Assembly (NCBI GenBank): GCA_964188305.1
Contig: OZ076890.1
Direction: 5' to 3' (one strand)
Source: Podarcis bocagei
Lineage: Eukaryota
Length of the DNA: 64,000 nucleotides
Below the pieces are notes generated by a model, which searched no databases, had not been told where the DNA came from, and worked only from the letters and a program-made list of their open reading frames with translations. Positions 13,491 to 26,995 of the stretch are shown here, one piece after another (the first letter of the stretch is position 1; each line of letters begins with the position of its first letter). Both the position numbers and the translations under genes were made by a program.

Positions 13491-15066
13491 GAAGTACTTC
13501 CACTTGCCCACACATTTGTTGAGCCAAATGGGGATTCTGTGCTGGGAGACTGACAATGGCATCACTCCACTTTGTTGGAGGGACTCCTTGGCCCAATCCA
13601 TACCCCCACCCTTGGCCTGGTGCAAAGGGGATGTACCTGTAGATTGTAGCCATAGACAGCAAAATACTTTGTGGTGTTTTCAACAGTTTTCCTTTACAAT
13701 GCATGCATGAAGATCAAAATAATGTATGACTTCTTTTTTATTTTTGGCAGGGAAAGACTACTTGTTAACTACACATTAATAACACTAGTATTTTTTTTTT
13801 ACAAGTCTCAATAATTCAGTATTTAACTATCCTTTTAAAATGTTACAAGACTTGTCTTTCATAGCAGTATCATGCTAACTATTTCAGTCTGCAGCAACTG
13901 TTGCCTGCCAGTTCTCAATGTTTCATATTAGTGAGCATAATAGAATATTATGGAAGCCTAATTGGCAGAAGTGAGCAATCTGATTGGCTGAGTCATACAG
14001 CTTTCTAATTTTTTTAGCATAATATATATTTCAGCATGGGCATTTTACAGCCATTATGAAACTATAAGGTCAACCAGGCCTCTGAAAGCCTGACCAAAAA
14101 CTAAGATGCAAGAGAACTTACGTATTCAGGGATAAAATCTCAAGCAGGCAAATGCATCTGTTGTAGAAATTAGTATTTAATATATATTGTAAAATATGCT
14201 TTCTGTACAGCTAGTTTCATAATTCAGCACTTATGTTACCCTGCATTGCTCCAAAATCCATGTGGGATACAGTGAAATTTGGATCAAGGAATGTTGTACA
14301 TATGGTTTTAATTGCATTTTGCAATAAAGCCAGGGTCCAACATAAAGAATTTTTCCCCAAAAAAGCCAGCTTGCAAACTGGGGCTTTCATGTCAAGCTTT
14401 CCAATAAAAAAGCAGCAGCAGATGTGGCTTTGGCGATTAACTTGGTTAGGACATTTCCCCTCTCCAATCTGCCCACACCCAGCAAATGCCACATATCTCT
14501 ATGAAAACACCAGTTTCTGTTGGGGAAACATGTAGAGACCTTCTTAATTGTCTCTAAGAAGCTGATGAAGGACACATATTAATTACTGTTATCTTAAAGG
14601 TTTGGTGATCATTTAGTTTATCCTGTGCCTGAAATACTGTTCTACGGTAAATGCTAGCCTTTGCTTCAGAATATTAAGGTTTAGTACAGCGGAAACACTT
14701 TGAATAAGATAACCATTCTGGCTATTAACCATTTATCAAAACACTACTGTCACTACTGTCTGGAGTGTATCCTATGATATATTTTTATTTTAGATATTTA
14801 TTAAATTTATATACCAACCTTCAGCAAAAGATCTCAGGGCAGTTCACAGAATGATGTGAGTGAAAAGCAGTTTGCTTAACCAAACTCTCTATTTCCTTTC
14901 TCCTTTTGTGCACACACCACCCCCAGAAGTCATGCCCAGAAATTTGGAGTGCCTTTCTGAGCAGTGTGCTTTCATGAGCATGAATGGGGGGAGAGGGGAG
15001 AAAACTGAATTTGGGTGTAAGTTTCTTGAACCACTTAAATTCCATTCATGCCAGGTTGTTCTAATT

Positions 15067-15203
15067 CAGGCTTCCTCAACCTCAGCCCTCCAGATGTTTT
15101 TGGCCTACAACTTCCATGATCCCTAGGCTAGCAGGACCAGTGGTTAGGGATCATGGGAATTGTAGTCTAAAAACATCTGCATGGCCGAGGTTGAGGAAGC
15201 CTG
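15067..15203. mobile_element. Palindromic hAT-type MITE
   Basis: 17-bp TIRs CAGGCTTCCTCAACCTC / GAGGTTGAGGAAGCCTG and 8-bp TSD TTCTAATT / TTCTTATT. Confidence 0.9.
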
Positions 15204-16034
15204 TTCTTATTTCAGTTTATTTCTAGCAAACACAGTAGTAACCTGCAACACAGTCCACACTGTTCATAACCCCCTTTTCCCTCAACTCTTTGGTGAGGCT
15301 TTTTAGAAGGGGAGGAAAGATGAAAAAGCCTTCCAATCATCAGATACAACCATATGTAAATATTTTCCCCTCCACATTTCATTCATGGGATCCAAATACA
15401 CAAGATCATTTGCTAAAAGATTTAATGCAATAAGCACAAAAAAGAATAATCTTGTACAGAGAAAGATTCTATAGAATTTTCCACAGAAGGGATCCTCAAG
15501 ACAGGAACAGGGAGCGAGACATGACTTTGTACCCTAGGATGCCACTACCTATTCTTTACATATGAAAACTATATCTAAACACATAAGAATCTCCAACCCA
15601 TTCCTGAACATACAAATAGATGTATGCAAAAAGAAGATTGCTAACAGTCTTTACAAATGTATGCTCTTGGCTCAAGACAATGGCCTATACCTCTGAAGAC
15701 TGCAGTCATACAAAAGTTTACTCCCAAGCAATGATATTCTTGACGGAGGAAATACAATATGCACTTAAATAAAGCTACTAGAAACCATGATTGTAAACAG
15801 ATCATAAAAATAATCCATGCTTGATAAGAACTCCACCTTCAGAACATTTTTTAAAGATTGTAATCACATGGCAAATACACAAATCTACTCAATAAGATAT
15901 TTATGTAAAATAAGGAAAACCACAATTTCTGAGCTCATGAGTTATTGCCTATTACTTATTAATCACAGAAGTTTGTTACATATTTTTAGCATCTGGAACT
16001 GTTTGTAATTTATTACTTAAATCTTATATTCTAG

Positions 16035-16038
<4 letters not shown>

Positions 16039-16065
<27 letters not shown>
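16039..16065. repeat. (AG)n microsatellite
   Basis: Direct reading. Confidence 0.95.
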
Positions 16066-17199
16066 AAGTCTAATGGTAACTTTACTAGGCCTGCTATTTT
16101 TAAACAAAAAGAAGGAACTATTAATTTTGACCTAAAACTACTATCAAGCCTAGTACATTTTATACCAGAAATTAAGAGAACTTGTCCTTTCATTTTGTTT
16201 GGTCACTTTATTAGATTTGACAGCGACAAACAGGAAGAGAAAGCTAATAATGCTTCTCCAACATGTAGAAGCATTGTTTCCTACTGAGATATCAGTGGTC
16301 AGTTCTGATCACCAACAATGCATATCCAAATACATATAACATTCCATTCTTATGAACTGGCATTTCTACCCATTTTAGACTTCATATAGTATCAGCATAG
16401 AATACACAATCTTTATTATTCACTTTACACTATAATAAAACCAGACCTGGCAACTTCTAATTCTTCCTATTTATTATTCATTGGGGCAATTTCCCTCTTT
16501 CTGACTGATTACTTTCAGAAACCATGGGTTGTATGCAATGATAGTCTTACTTGAGTATCTTAGGCACATTAATTTCAATAGTTAGATTCAACCCAATACA
16601 ACAAGTAAAAAGTAACCTATACCAAGGTATAATTCAGAATATTAGTGTTTCACCCACAGAAGGCTTTGTTGAATACTTTAAACCAGTTTTGTGGACTAGA
16701 TTGGCAATAAGATTTCACACATAAAATTTTAGCATGGAATAATAAAGGACTGCCCTCAAATTTCACTTCTAAGCTAATGTTAGAATCAGTATCAGTGAAA
16801 CTAAACAAGAACAGAAAAGTGAAAAAACAGGTCTCTGGCAAACAAATATGTACTTATCTCTGCTTTCTAAACTTCTGTATTTTGTTTTATTACACTAGTA
16901 TTCTGTTCTTTGTTCAAGCATATTGAAGCAGCATACTCATAGGCTTGGATCCTAGTATTATTCCACTCACTTAACTGAATTCCATTCACAGATGGGCTTT
17001 CTGTGCCGCTCCAGAAATCTAGTACTTCTGAGGATTGGTATATTGTCCCAGACAAAATGGTATGTTGGGCAGTAGGATGGAGTGGGCATTGGTTGCTTTA
17101 TAATATATTTGTAGGTGCTGTTCAATTTTCAAGCTTTTTCTCAGCCCATTTCCTAAGAGGATGTTTCCATCTCTCAAAAGACTTCTGTACCTTTAAGGC

Positions 17200-17564
17200 T
17201 GTTGTAGCCCTGTCTGAGTCCTGTTGCCTAGCAAGCAGGGGCTAGGAGTCTCTAAAGAACACTTGCCTGAGAGCAGAATCCACATATGAAGTCAGACAGT
17301 CCAGAGGTTTGGGAATCCAGATGATCATAGAACCAAGAGTCCCAATGGAGAGCAGGAAGCAGCAAGATACAACCAGGAACCACAAGCGTTATTTCCAGCA
17401 TCTGACTGCTGCTGAAAGCTCTGTTTAAGAAGTCTGAAGCCAGCTGGTTCTCATCAGTGCCTTCTCCTGTCCTTGAAGGCTGATCAGCTGCAGGTGGAGT
17501 TATTCTGCTTTCTCCCCTTTCAGGCTGCTGTTTTGCAGGTGAAGTTGACTCCTAGCCCATGACA
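17200..17564 (-). mobile_element. Solo LTR (Gypsy-like)
   Basis: TGT...ACA termini (TGTTGTAG / CCCATGACA), GC-elevated, flanks AAGGC/CTGGC as a partial 5-bp TSD. Confidence 0.55.
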
Positions 17565-18228
17565 CTGGCTTCCAAGGTATGTAGGTAGGTTAGGTTTTTT
17601 TTACATCAGTCCATTCTCAGTGTGTAGAAGGTTGGATAAATGGAAATTCTGTTAGTATTTGAATATAAATGTATCTGCTTTAAAATCCTCTGCATGTTAT
17701 TATATGTGTTTGGCTATGTGGTAATTAATATGTAGTCACCACTGCCAAATAGAAGAGTTCTTTGTACTCTATCCCAAATACTCTGTAACAGGCCAATTTT
17801 CTAGTCTTGTAGTTGGCATTGGCATAAAACCATCTGCTCACATACAGGAAGCCATTACGCACATAAACATACATAAATAGTCAATATTTAAGTGGTGTCC
17901 ATGTGTCAAATGATCATGCAAAAGTTATGAACGACATAAATATTTTATTTTACATTTTGTAAGATAAATTATCAGAGATCAGCAACTTGCCCCCATATCC
18001 CACCCCATCATCTTGTTACTTGCATCTCAGTTTTGTCTGGAAATGATAGCTAGCAAAGGCTAACAAATCTGAACATTAGCAGCTCGTTCCTAATTTTAAA
18101 GAGAATGTTCCAACCCTCTGTATTCAAGCTAAGACCACTTCAAAATGTCAAGCCAAATATCTTTTTGCTACCAAATACTCTATTTATAAGAGCTACAGTG
18201 ATGCTTTATTGTATCAAGAGCCATGAAT

Positions 18229-18308
18229 AATGGCCCCAGAGTGGTTGGGATAACCCAGTCAGATGGGCAGGATATAAAATTTATTATTATTATTACTACT
18301 ACTACTAC
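18229..18308 (+). mobile_element. LINE (L2-type) 3' terminus with (TTA/CTA)n tail
   Basis: ccagagtggttgggataacccagtcagatgggcaggatata plus trinucleotide tail. The same motif occurs inverted at 60.7 kb and 50.35 kb. Confidence 0.65.
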
Positions 18309-18660
18309 CAATTAAAATCAAAACAAAGCTACTCTACAGTCAATTGTCCCTGTATTAAAAAAAAATACAATCATCTTTCCCTTTTGTGCCACCTTAGCAT
18401 TTGTCTTTCTGAGACTATTACTAATGGTTTTGGAGGCCTGAACTCAATTGGAAATTCAGAAGAACGCCTTTGCTGGCATATACTCAGCCTGATTCACACT
18501 TGGAACTCCTTTCTATGTACCCTATCATCCGGCAGGCTTTGCCTGGTAAAATTATGTTGCGATCAAGCAATGGTTTCTCTTCCAGTTACTCTTGACATCT
18601 TTTTGGACAGATTGCATAGGTGTACCACCAATATTCCATTTTCTCTTGATTTCTTCTTTA

Positions 18661-18939
18661 CAGTGGTACCTCGCAAGACGAATGCCTCGCAAGACGAAAA
18701 ACACGCAAGACGAAAGAGTTTTCCGTTTTTTGAGTCATTCCGCAAGACGAATTTCCCTATGGGCTTGCTTCGCAAGACGAAACGTCTTGCGACTTCTTGC
18801 AAGTTTGTTTCCTTTTTCTTAAAGTCGCTAAGCCGTTAATAGCCGCTAAGCCGCTAATAGCCGTGCTTCGTAAGACGAAAAAACCGCAAGACGAAGAGAC
18901 TCGCGGAACGGATTAATTTCGTCTTGCGAGGCACCACTG
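18661..18939. mobile_element. Young Tc1/mariner-superfamily MITE (279 bp)
   Basis: 22-bp TIRs CAGTGGTACCTCGCAAGACGAA (1 mismatch), TA TSD, CpG-rich, many internal CGCAAGACGAA copies. Confidence 0.93.
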
Positions 18940-18991
18940 TATTTTCCTTTAGTATTCTACCCATAAAGTATCACTATACAGGCACAGTTGA

Positions 18992-19192
18992 CAGTGCCAG
19001 ATTACCAAATAGGCAGAATAGGGCACCGGCCCATAGGCTCCATGCTTTTTAGGGGCTCTGCAATAATGGATCAAAATAATATTGATTTGATCTTGAAAGA
19101 AAATTACAAGCATTCTTAGTTCAGTGTTATCCCACAACTGGGGCGGGGGGTTTGAATGCTGAGGGGCCTCCACAGGGGTTAATCTAGCACTG
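18992..19192. mobile_element. hAT-type MITE
   Basis: 13-bp TIRs CAGTGCCAGATTA / TAATCTAGCACTG (1 mismatch). Flanks ACAGTTGA / GCTTTTGA partly match. Confidence 0.65.
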
Positions 19193-21332
19193 GCTTTTGA
19201 TTCAGTGTCCAATCATTCCCCTCTCTTTATATCGCTCCCCTTTTCTTCGTTTCTCATAATTTAACTGTACCAACAAAACTCTCCTTTTCTGGAAAAGCTG
19301 TGTCCTTCCCTCTGTTACTCCCACCTGGTTATCCTATGAAGATACTTTGCTACATATTAACAACACTATGCTCTTCTGCGTTTTTGTAAAAACTGCTAGT
19401 TTCTAGGCTAGCTCTACTAGACCAAGTGTCTTATGAGCAAAGAGGTTCCCCCATCACAAGTCATTAGTGCATGGCTTATTTCCATTACAGAAAAACGTAG
19501 TTCTCAGTATTACAGCTTAATTGATTGCTCTGGCACTATTTAAACTTAAACTTAAATCATGCTGTATTTAAACTCCAAACCACTGTTTTCAAAGAAATGT
19601 CATGCTAATTTATAGGACTATCCCCCCACTTTTCTTATTTCCAACAAAATAAAAACGGGACAATGTGTTTCAGATGGATCCAATGGTATTTACTCTAATC
19701 CCATATATTTTGTGTCCCTATGCATGCGTGCACACATAGAGACAATTCTATTGGATAAAATACAATGAAAGGCTGCGAAAATGCTAAGGTTCATATGCAT
19801 TCTGTTCACTTTCTACTTACTTTCATTTAGGAAACATTTAACAATCAGAAAATAATATATACCCTGTGTATGAGAGACAATGCATTTAGCGTATTAATTA
19901 CTGGAGCTTAAGAATTTAAATCTGTATGCATGTGAAATGGATGATTCAGCTTCTAAGTGCTGCATTAATTCTACACATTACAATGTGGTAAGACAGTCAA
20001 ATTAAATCTTTTGGAAACAACCCATTCTATTTGCTTACTTTGTGTAGAAACCTCACTATGAACAGCTTTAGAATGGAAAGTAAATACTAATTCTTTAAAA
20101 GTAAAAATAGGCAGATATTTTATGCATTAGATTTCTTATGTTTCAGTTTTTTAAAAGGAACTGTTATATAATCAACATAAAACAAGTAGTTTCTGTTTTG
20201 TTTGCATTGCTTAAAGTAAGCATCCAGTGAACAAGCCACATTCCCCTTAAGGACAATTAGCTATGAAGGAATTGAGGTGTTCAAAGTTTCTAAGTGTTGA
20301 ATGAATTATGTACTATTACAAGTCAATTACTTTCCCAGCCTGATAGCCTTACTGCTTTGGGTGTGGCTAACAGTCATTTTATTCTGCTTATAGAGACCAT
20401 CTTCTCTTAGCCACTCTGTGGAGCTGACTATTTAAAACATGGAGATAAAAAACCATTCAGGCCTTGCTTTTCCATCCTTGTGTCTTTCATATACTAGGGA
20501 GGAACCTGAGAAAAGGAGCCAAACAGAAAAGGTTTGGTAAAGCTGAAATTATCCAATACACAAAACTGGCAAGGTGCCCGGAAGCAGGCTTCCTCAGTGA
20601 AATTCAAATTATAGACTCACATATTTGGTGCATTTTCTCCCTCCATAGTACAAGTAAGAAGGGGAAAATAATGTAAGAAATTATTGCATAAGATGCAAAC
20701 TAAGTTGGAGAAAAATAAGCTGCATCACTTACAGGTCTTCAATATTTTCAGGGGGGAAACATAGGGAAAAACTGAATATTACTTTGGCCAGCTGAGTTTT
20801 CACTTCTAACTTTGCAAAAGTAACTTTAAGAATGAAAATTTGTTACGAACAATTGGTAAGCAGAAAAGCGCCTGCTAATTCTCTTCATAAAAAGCACCTG
20901 TCATGCACACACAGCTTCCATTTCCACCCGAACTGGGCTTATTTTATGTGTGAGTCCCACTTGGTGGATAAATTGGTTATAGATACATCTGTAGGAAGGA
21001 ATCACTGGACAGGAAAAGGTAACACTATATTCTGCTAATCTATTTTCTCCTATACCAAGGCAAAACATTATTTATCACTATCAGACTTTCTCAACCTTCC
21101 AATGATCAGAGATTATGGGAATTGTAATCAAAACGTCTGGCGAGAACCTGATTGGGGAAGGATGTCCATATATTGATACTTTTCCAAGGCCAAGTGCTTC
21201 ATAATATGAAAACAGCAAAAAATGAAATTATCGAAAAAGATGTATAAACAGATACCAAATTATTTATTACAAAAAATTAAACATATATGCAAATTGTCCA
21301 GCAGTAAAACGCTAATAGGGTAAATCCTATAC

Positions 21333-21637
21333 CAGGGGTCAGCAAACGTTTTCAACTGGGGGCCAGTCCACTGTCCCTCAGACCTTTTGGGGGGCCGGAC
21401 TATATTTTGAGGGGGTTGAACGAATTCTTATGCCCCACAAATAACCCAGAGATGCATATTAAATAAAAGCACACATTCCACTCATGTAAAAACACCAGGC
21501 AGGCCCCACAAATATTTTAAATAAAAGGGCACATTCTACTCATGTAAAAACACGCTGATTCCTGGACCGTCCATGGGCTGGATTTAGAAGGCGAATGGGC
21601 CAGATCCGGCCCCCGGGCCTTAGTTTGCCTACCCATG
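21333..21637. mobile_element. hAT (Charlie-like) non-autonomous element
   Basis: Perfect 8-bp TSD TCCTATAC (21325-32, 21638-45), termini CAGGGGTCAGCAAAC / GTTTGCCTACCCATG. Confidence 0.92.
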
Positions 21638-23555
21638 TCCTATACAATGAATTTCAGCATAATGCTTTTCACTTTAAGGTGAATGTGGTTTGATCTCATC
21701 AGTGCCTATATAACATAAAAAATAGAACATATCAAATCTGTAAGAATCCATCAATCAAAGGTCAGCACTCTTCTACCTAAAAAGGCCATGTATAAAAAGT
21801 AATGCAAATCTATTAAAACAAAACAATAAAAATAAATTAATCAAATACATAGTTAAATGGAAAAAAGTCATGACAGCCAGAGAAAACATATTGAAATCAA
21901 CAGGTTTCTTAGGGGGCCTGTTGAGAGGGTTTCAGAGACATACAGTGAGAGGAACAGAGGAAGTGCTTTCCACAGTGCACTCCTCCTTCCAAGACATGGT
22001 TAATTCCAAGACTCACTCATCTACACAATGTTCCTTGTGACTATTCTTTCCCCCTAATATTGAGACTGTTCTTTAGCAGATGGAACTCTTGAGATTAGGT
22101 AAAAGTGAATATTATCACAGCCGTGTGTAAAAACATTGGTTTCTGCCAGTGACTGCAGAGCTCCCTCCCAACTGCTTCTGCTGCTGGAAGATCCGGAAAT
22201 CAGAGGCTGTGTGATTCATTGAGAATATTCCACTTGAGAGCTACTGTTGTGCAACCACAAGACTTTTCTGACCTTCTAATGCAATCTATAAAGCTGTAAC
22301 CACATCTTGTATTTAATGGTAATGGTTTGATGTTATTCACATGCTGTAAAACATTTGAAGATTCACAGAACAAAGGAAATTAAAGTGAGATAAGAGGGGT
22401 CCTCGTACCTTTCAGTACAATTATACAAAGACATGTCATAATAATTGTTAGCCTAGTAAAATTTTGCATTCTTTATAATTAAAACCTGCAAATCAAATCA
22501 GTTTATTGTCAAGCTATATTGTCTTATTCTGTAGAACATGCTTTGACATATTAGCAAAACATCTTAGGCATCAATTAGAAACAAGACCTTTAAAAGAGCA
22601 TAATTTGCTATAGATCCAATTTCAGTTGCACTTCATCTCCTAGTAATAAATGTCTAAGGATGAAACCACACTTCCAGCCAAGTACTTTTATCTTAAGAGT
22701 TTATCCAGTAGATCTGTAGCCTAATCATATTATATGTGTTGCTATAGTCCTTAAGATACCATTCAAGCCAACAAAATGAAATAACATACCTCACAAAGCC
22801 TCAATCTAATTTATTAAATCAAACTTGCTTCACAGCATAATCGTCAAGAGATCTACTCAGAAGCAAGTCCCACTGAGTACAATGAAAAGTGAATATAGGA
22901 CTGCTGTCTCAGTTGTTTAATCATTTTAACATACTGTGTTTGGTTATTGATTAAAAATTCCTTTTGTTCAATGTTATGTAACTACTTATGCCTACATGGC
23001 AGTCTGCAACAAAACGTATTTCAGTTCAAGACTCAGGATACTCCATTACATTCTCCCTCCTCACTCACAATTTTCCATTTGCTCCCACCACTTGTAAGTT
23101 AGCATTATGATTGACTGTCAATTATGGGTTGTTTTAGGACATTCCCCCCAGATGTTTCCTTTCCAAGGCTTTTTTGGGGTGCGGGGTGCACTTTTTTGTA
23201 CTTTTTGCAAATCATGTACCCAAATCCCACATTACAATGAAAGCATCGTTTAAGGCGGGGCAGAGTATTTATATAAAGGGCACCAATTGCTGAGCAAATG
23301 TGATATCCCTACAACAGAATCATAGAACTGTAGAGTTGGAAGGGACCAGAAATAGCATTGTCCCAGTCTTGTTTAAAGATCTGTGGGGGAAGCTGTGTTC
23401 ACTGCCCCCACACCCAATTAAATCTGCAGGGGTTGGGGACCATGGGCTGCGCTTTCTTTATAGTGTCCATTTGCCTCTGAAGTGAACTTCACTATAGCCC
23501 TGCTGCCATTTTATCACCAGGTGTACTTTTGGGGGAAGGATGACACACAAGGTAA

Positions 23556-23570
23556 GTGTGTGTATATGTG

Positions 23571-23600
<30 letters not shown>
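23556..23600. repeat. (TG/TA)n microsatellite
   Basis: Direct reading. Confidence 0.9.
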
Positions 23601-23601
<1 letters not shown>

Positions 23602-25576
23602 TGCTGCTGTTTTATTTGTATGGAATTTGTCCTGCTTTAATATTATTGGTTGCTTTTGGTTTCAATTATATTTTATGAAACCTCTCTGCAGCACTCTATT
23701 ACTTTGCCAAACAAAACAAAACAAAACATGGAAGCCATATTAACACTCTGTAGGACAAAGAGAAGGCCATTTAGTGAATTTAGATGCTCTGCAGCCTCCA
23801 GTCACCGACTTCTTCCTTCACTACCAAAGGAAGGAATTAGGCCTAGTTCCTCTGAATAATAGGTCCATCTGGATGCTAAAGTTCAAGATGTGAAATAGCA
23901 CCAAGTAAATTTTTCAGCTTGAAATTTGGTACAGTCAGCACCAGAAATTCTCTCTATGGAATATCCCACATTCCATTTTGTCCAGGAAGTGTACCAACAT
24001 TACAGGGGGAAATATAGTCCACCACAGTGGCCATCATTGCTTTCCCAGAATGTGCTAGAATTATGGTATATCCAGTGCAATGTGGCAGCCATCAAAGGAA
24101 TGTCACTGCCACCAGGGATAAGTTTAATTCTCACTTCTGAAATTCTCCCCAAGATGCCAACAATTCTTTGAAATGTCCTCCTTATTTCACTGCCTGGAAG
24201 TGGTGCAGTGAAAGGAGGGAGCCATTTCAGTCATCCCTAAAGGCAAGCCATAATTCCAGAATACATAGTAATCTACTACCTACAATTCTTTAAGTAACAG
24301 ATTGGTTTCTATTTATTAGGTATATGCTTGCATTTTCTAGATGCTATCTTCTATTTTCCTCAAAATATTTATAAAATTTGCTATTCTGTATTTTAAATCA
24401 TTTGTATAAACTTCCTTTTCATTAATGATACTGTGGTACTCATAAGCTCAATAGTTCTTCCAAAGATCAGATTCAAAGCGCTCTCTGAACGCTATAATGC
24501 CTAAAAGGAAATTAAACCCTGTAACCAACAAGTGTATGGGGTTTTTTTTTAGTACATACAGAATAAAAGGAAAGTAAACTTGACTAGCAGGTCAAATAGC
24601 AAGGGAGTATCTACAACACTAAAATTCCCAGGTGTTTTTCTTTTCATAAATTATGTATGCTGATGTATCTAAACAGAAGGGCAATTTTATATTTGACATT
24701 TTTAGTCTGAAGAAAAAGGAGATACAGAACCCAGCTCTCATACATGTTAACAGGGGCCAGGCCCATAATGCCAAGCAACAGCACAGTCCCTGAAAACCCA
24801 GTAAATGGCACAAACACACACACACCCAGCAAAAATGCACCCCTCATCCTAATTCTGTTCTGCTTTTTCTACCAGAAAATTCTGTTAAAAGGTAAATATC
24901 AGAAAAAGATACCTGGATTCCTGGTTTGTATATAGACAAACACAGCCAAATATCCTTCAACAGAGTTTAATGGCACTTTCTCCAGTGGGCAAAATCCAAT
25001 ATAGAAATTATTTTTTAAAAAACCATCTCATGCATTAAACCTTTAATCCATGATTATTTGTCCTCCAAGGTGGCAGATGGCAAGTCTACGGCTGTTATTA
25101 AGACCTCTGCCATGGGCATATGTTTTCCCTGGGGCAACCACAACTCAGATCTTGGTATATTAAAACAGCTAAGTCCTTAACCAAACACAGAAAGTAGATA
25201 CTCTACCTGGGAACCATAAATTTACCTTGGATGCTATTTCCTCCTGAATATTTATTTCAAATGATATTATCGTAAAACAAACATACATTTCTGTGTAATT
25301 TTATGTAGATCTAATAAGATGCTTCTTTACAGATAAAAATAGCTTTTAAAGAATATTTTTTATACTTTTTTATATTTTTTATATTTTTTATACTATTTTT
25401 TATACTTGTACCATACATACGTCCCAGCATAAAATAGCACAGATTAACTAGTCTAAAGAGAAGAATATGATACACTAGACTAGGTATTATGAGCCAGGCT
25501 TCCTAAAATTCTACCTCTTGGATCAAGTATTAGCTTAGCAGATATGGATGGAATTATATACAGGGGGTGGGTGGGT

Positions 25577-25595
25577 GAGAGAGAGAGAGAGAGAT

Positions 25596-25645
<50 letters not shown>

Positions 25646-25693
25646 TTCCATCCATATCTGCTGAGCTAATGCTGCTGAGTGTGTGTGTGTGAG

Positions 25694-25722
<29 letters not shown>
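25577..25722. repeat. Compound (GA)n(CA)n ... (TG)n(CA)n microsatellites
   Basis: Direct reading. Confidence 0.95.
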
Positions 25723-25724
<2 letters not shown>

Positions 25725-26628
25725 GACATAGCAATAAAAGCTCATTTTCTTTCTTATTCACAACTGACCCACCCAATGTTCTACTTTCTCCATAATCAGT
25801 GCAAAAAAATTCACACATTGTCATGTGTTTTTTTTATTTTTACTAAAAAGTCTCCACAAGGAATTGGTCAATATCTTAAGTGACCTTTCGTTATGTGTGT
25901 TTCATTTTCACCTTTTGTCTAACTTGTTTAACTGACTGGTGGGTACACAAAATTAATCTTCTGGCCTTTTATGTACCAAAGTCTCATTAGATACTGTGAC
26001 CCTGATATCTAACAATATTTTTTTTGCAACAGTTAAAAGGTTAAAGGGTCTGTGATTAGAAATGACAGGTTTGGAGATCAGTAAATCAATACTAGGCTTT
26101 GAGTTGACCACAGTGATAGCTTTATGTACAAAGGTCAAAGCATTTAAAAGGTTCAGAAAATGGTAATGAAAACTCTTCTTTCAACTCCTTTATATTCTCT
26201 TTTTTCCAAAGAACACCTGCATACCATAGTAGATTTAGTCAATAGAAAAATTAAAATCATGATTAGAGAAGCATGGTGGAGAAAATGGAGAAGGTAAATA
26301 TTTCAGTAGTAAATTGAAATAAATTTGACTGTTTCCAACAAGACATTTGTTTGAACATGGTAACAGTTCCAATCATACCAAGCCTGCACATGTGATATTA
26401 AAGAACTCAAATGTGAAACTGCTCATCATCTAACAAAACACAAAACGTGTCTCTAAGATCAATCTCTGTACCTGTGGACTGGAAAATGGCCAACATAATA
26501 CCAATTTTTAAAAAGGGATCCAGGGGAGATTATCTTAACATCTCTTGCAGGAAGGCAGATTAGCTTAATGTCTCTTGCATAATGTCTCTGGTGGAAAGCA
26601 TTGTTAAAGATAGAACTAACAAACATAG

Positions 26629-26748
26629 AGAATCATAGAATCATAGTTGGAAGGCATCACAAGTGTCATCCAGTCCAACTCCCTGCAATGCAGGAATTCT
26701 TTTGTCCAACGTGGGACTTGAATTCACAACTGAGATTCTTCTACTGAC
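26629..26748 (-). mobile_element. Short SINE with tRNA-like head and CR1-type (ATTCTATG)n tail
   Basis: agaatcatagaatcatagttggaagg...gtcatccagtccaactccctgcaatgcaggaat...gggacttgaattcac. Related copies at 55.1 and 57.2 kb. Confidence 0.75.
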
Positions 26749-26841
26749 AGAAGAATAAGTCTTGCTGAGGAAGAATCAGCCTCATTTCTGCAACCATACA
26801 TCCTAACTTTTTATATTTAAAGTTCTCAAGGGTGTCATTAA

Positions 26842-26995
26842 CAGTGGCGGAGCAGAGAGCAGGCGGGGGGCGGGGTGTGCCACCTGTGGGGGTGGGGCGC
26901 CCAGCGTGCGGGGTGGGGCAGCTGCGCTGGAACCCACCGGGATCGCGCTACTGGGGGTGGTGCGCTCCCCCCGCACTCCTCTTCCTCCGCCAGTG
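26842..26995. mobile_element. GC-rich hAT-type MITE
   Basis: Perfect 8-bp TSD GTCATTAA, TIRs CAGTGGCGGAG / CTCCGCCAGTG (1 mismatch). Confidence 0.9.

Noticed and set aside
18661-18939. CRISPR-like array of CGCAAGACGAA repeats
   Set aside because: Repeats are only 11 bp, irregularly spaced, and enclosed by TIRs and a TA TSD in eukaryotic DNA.
24870-24890. Plus-strand 16-nt micro-exon after a strong pyrimidine tract
   Set aside because: Frame-shifting length and no supporting neighbouring exons.
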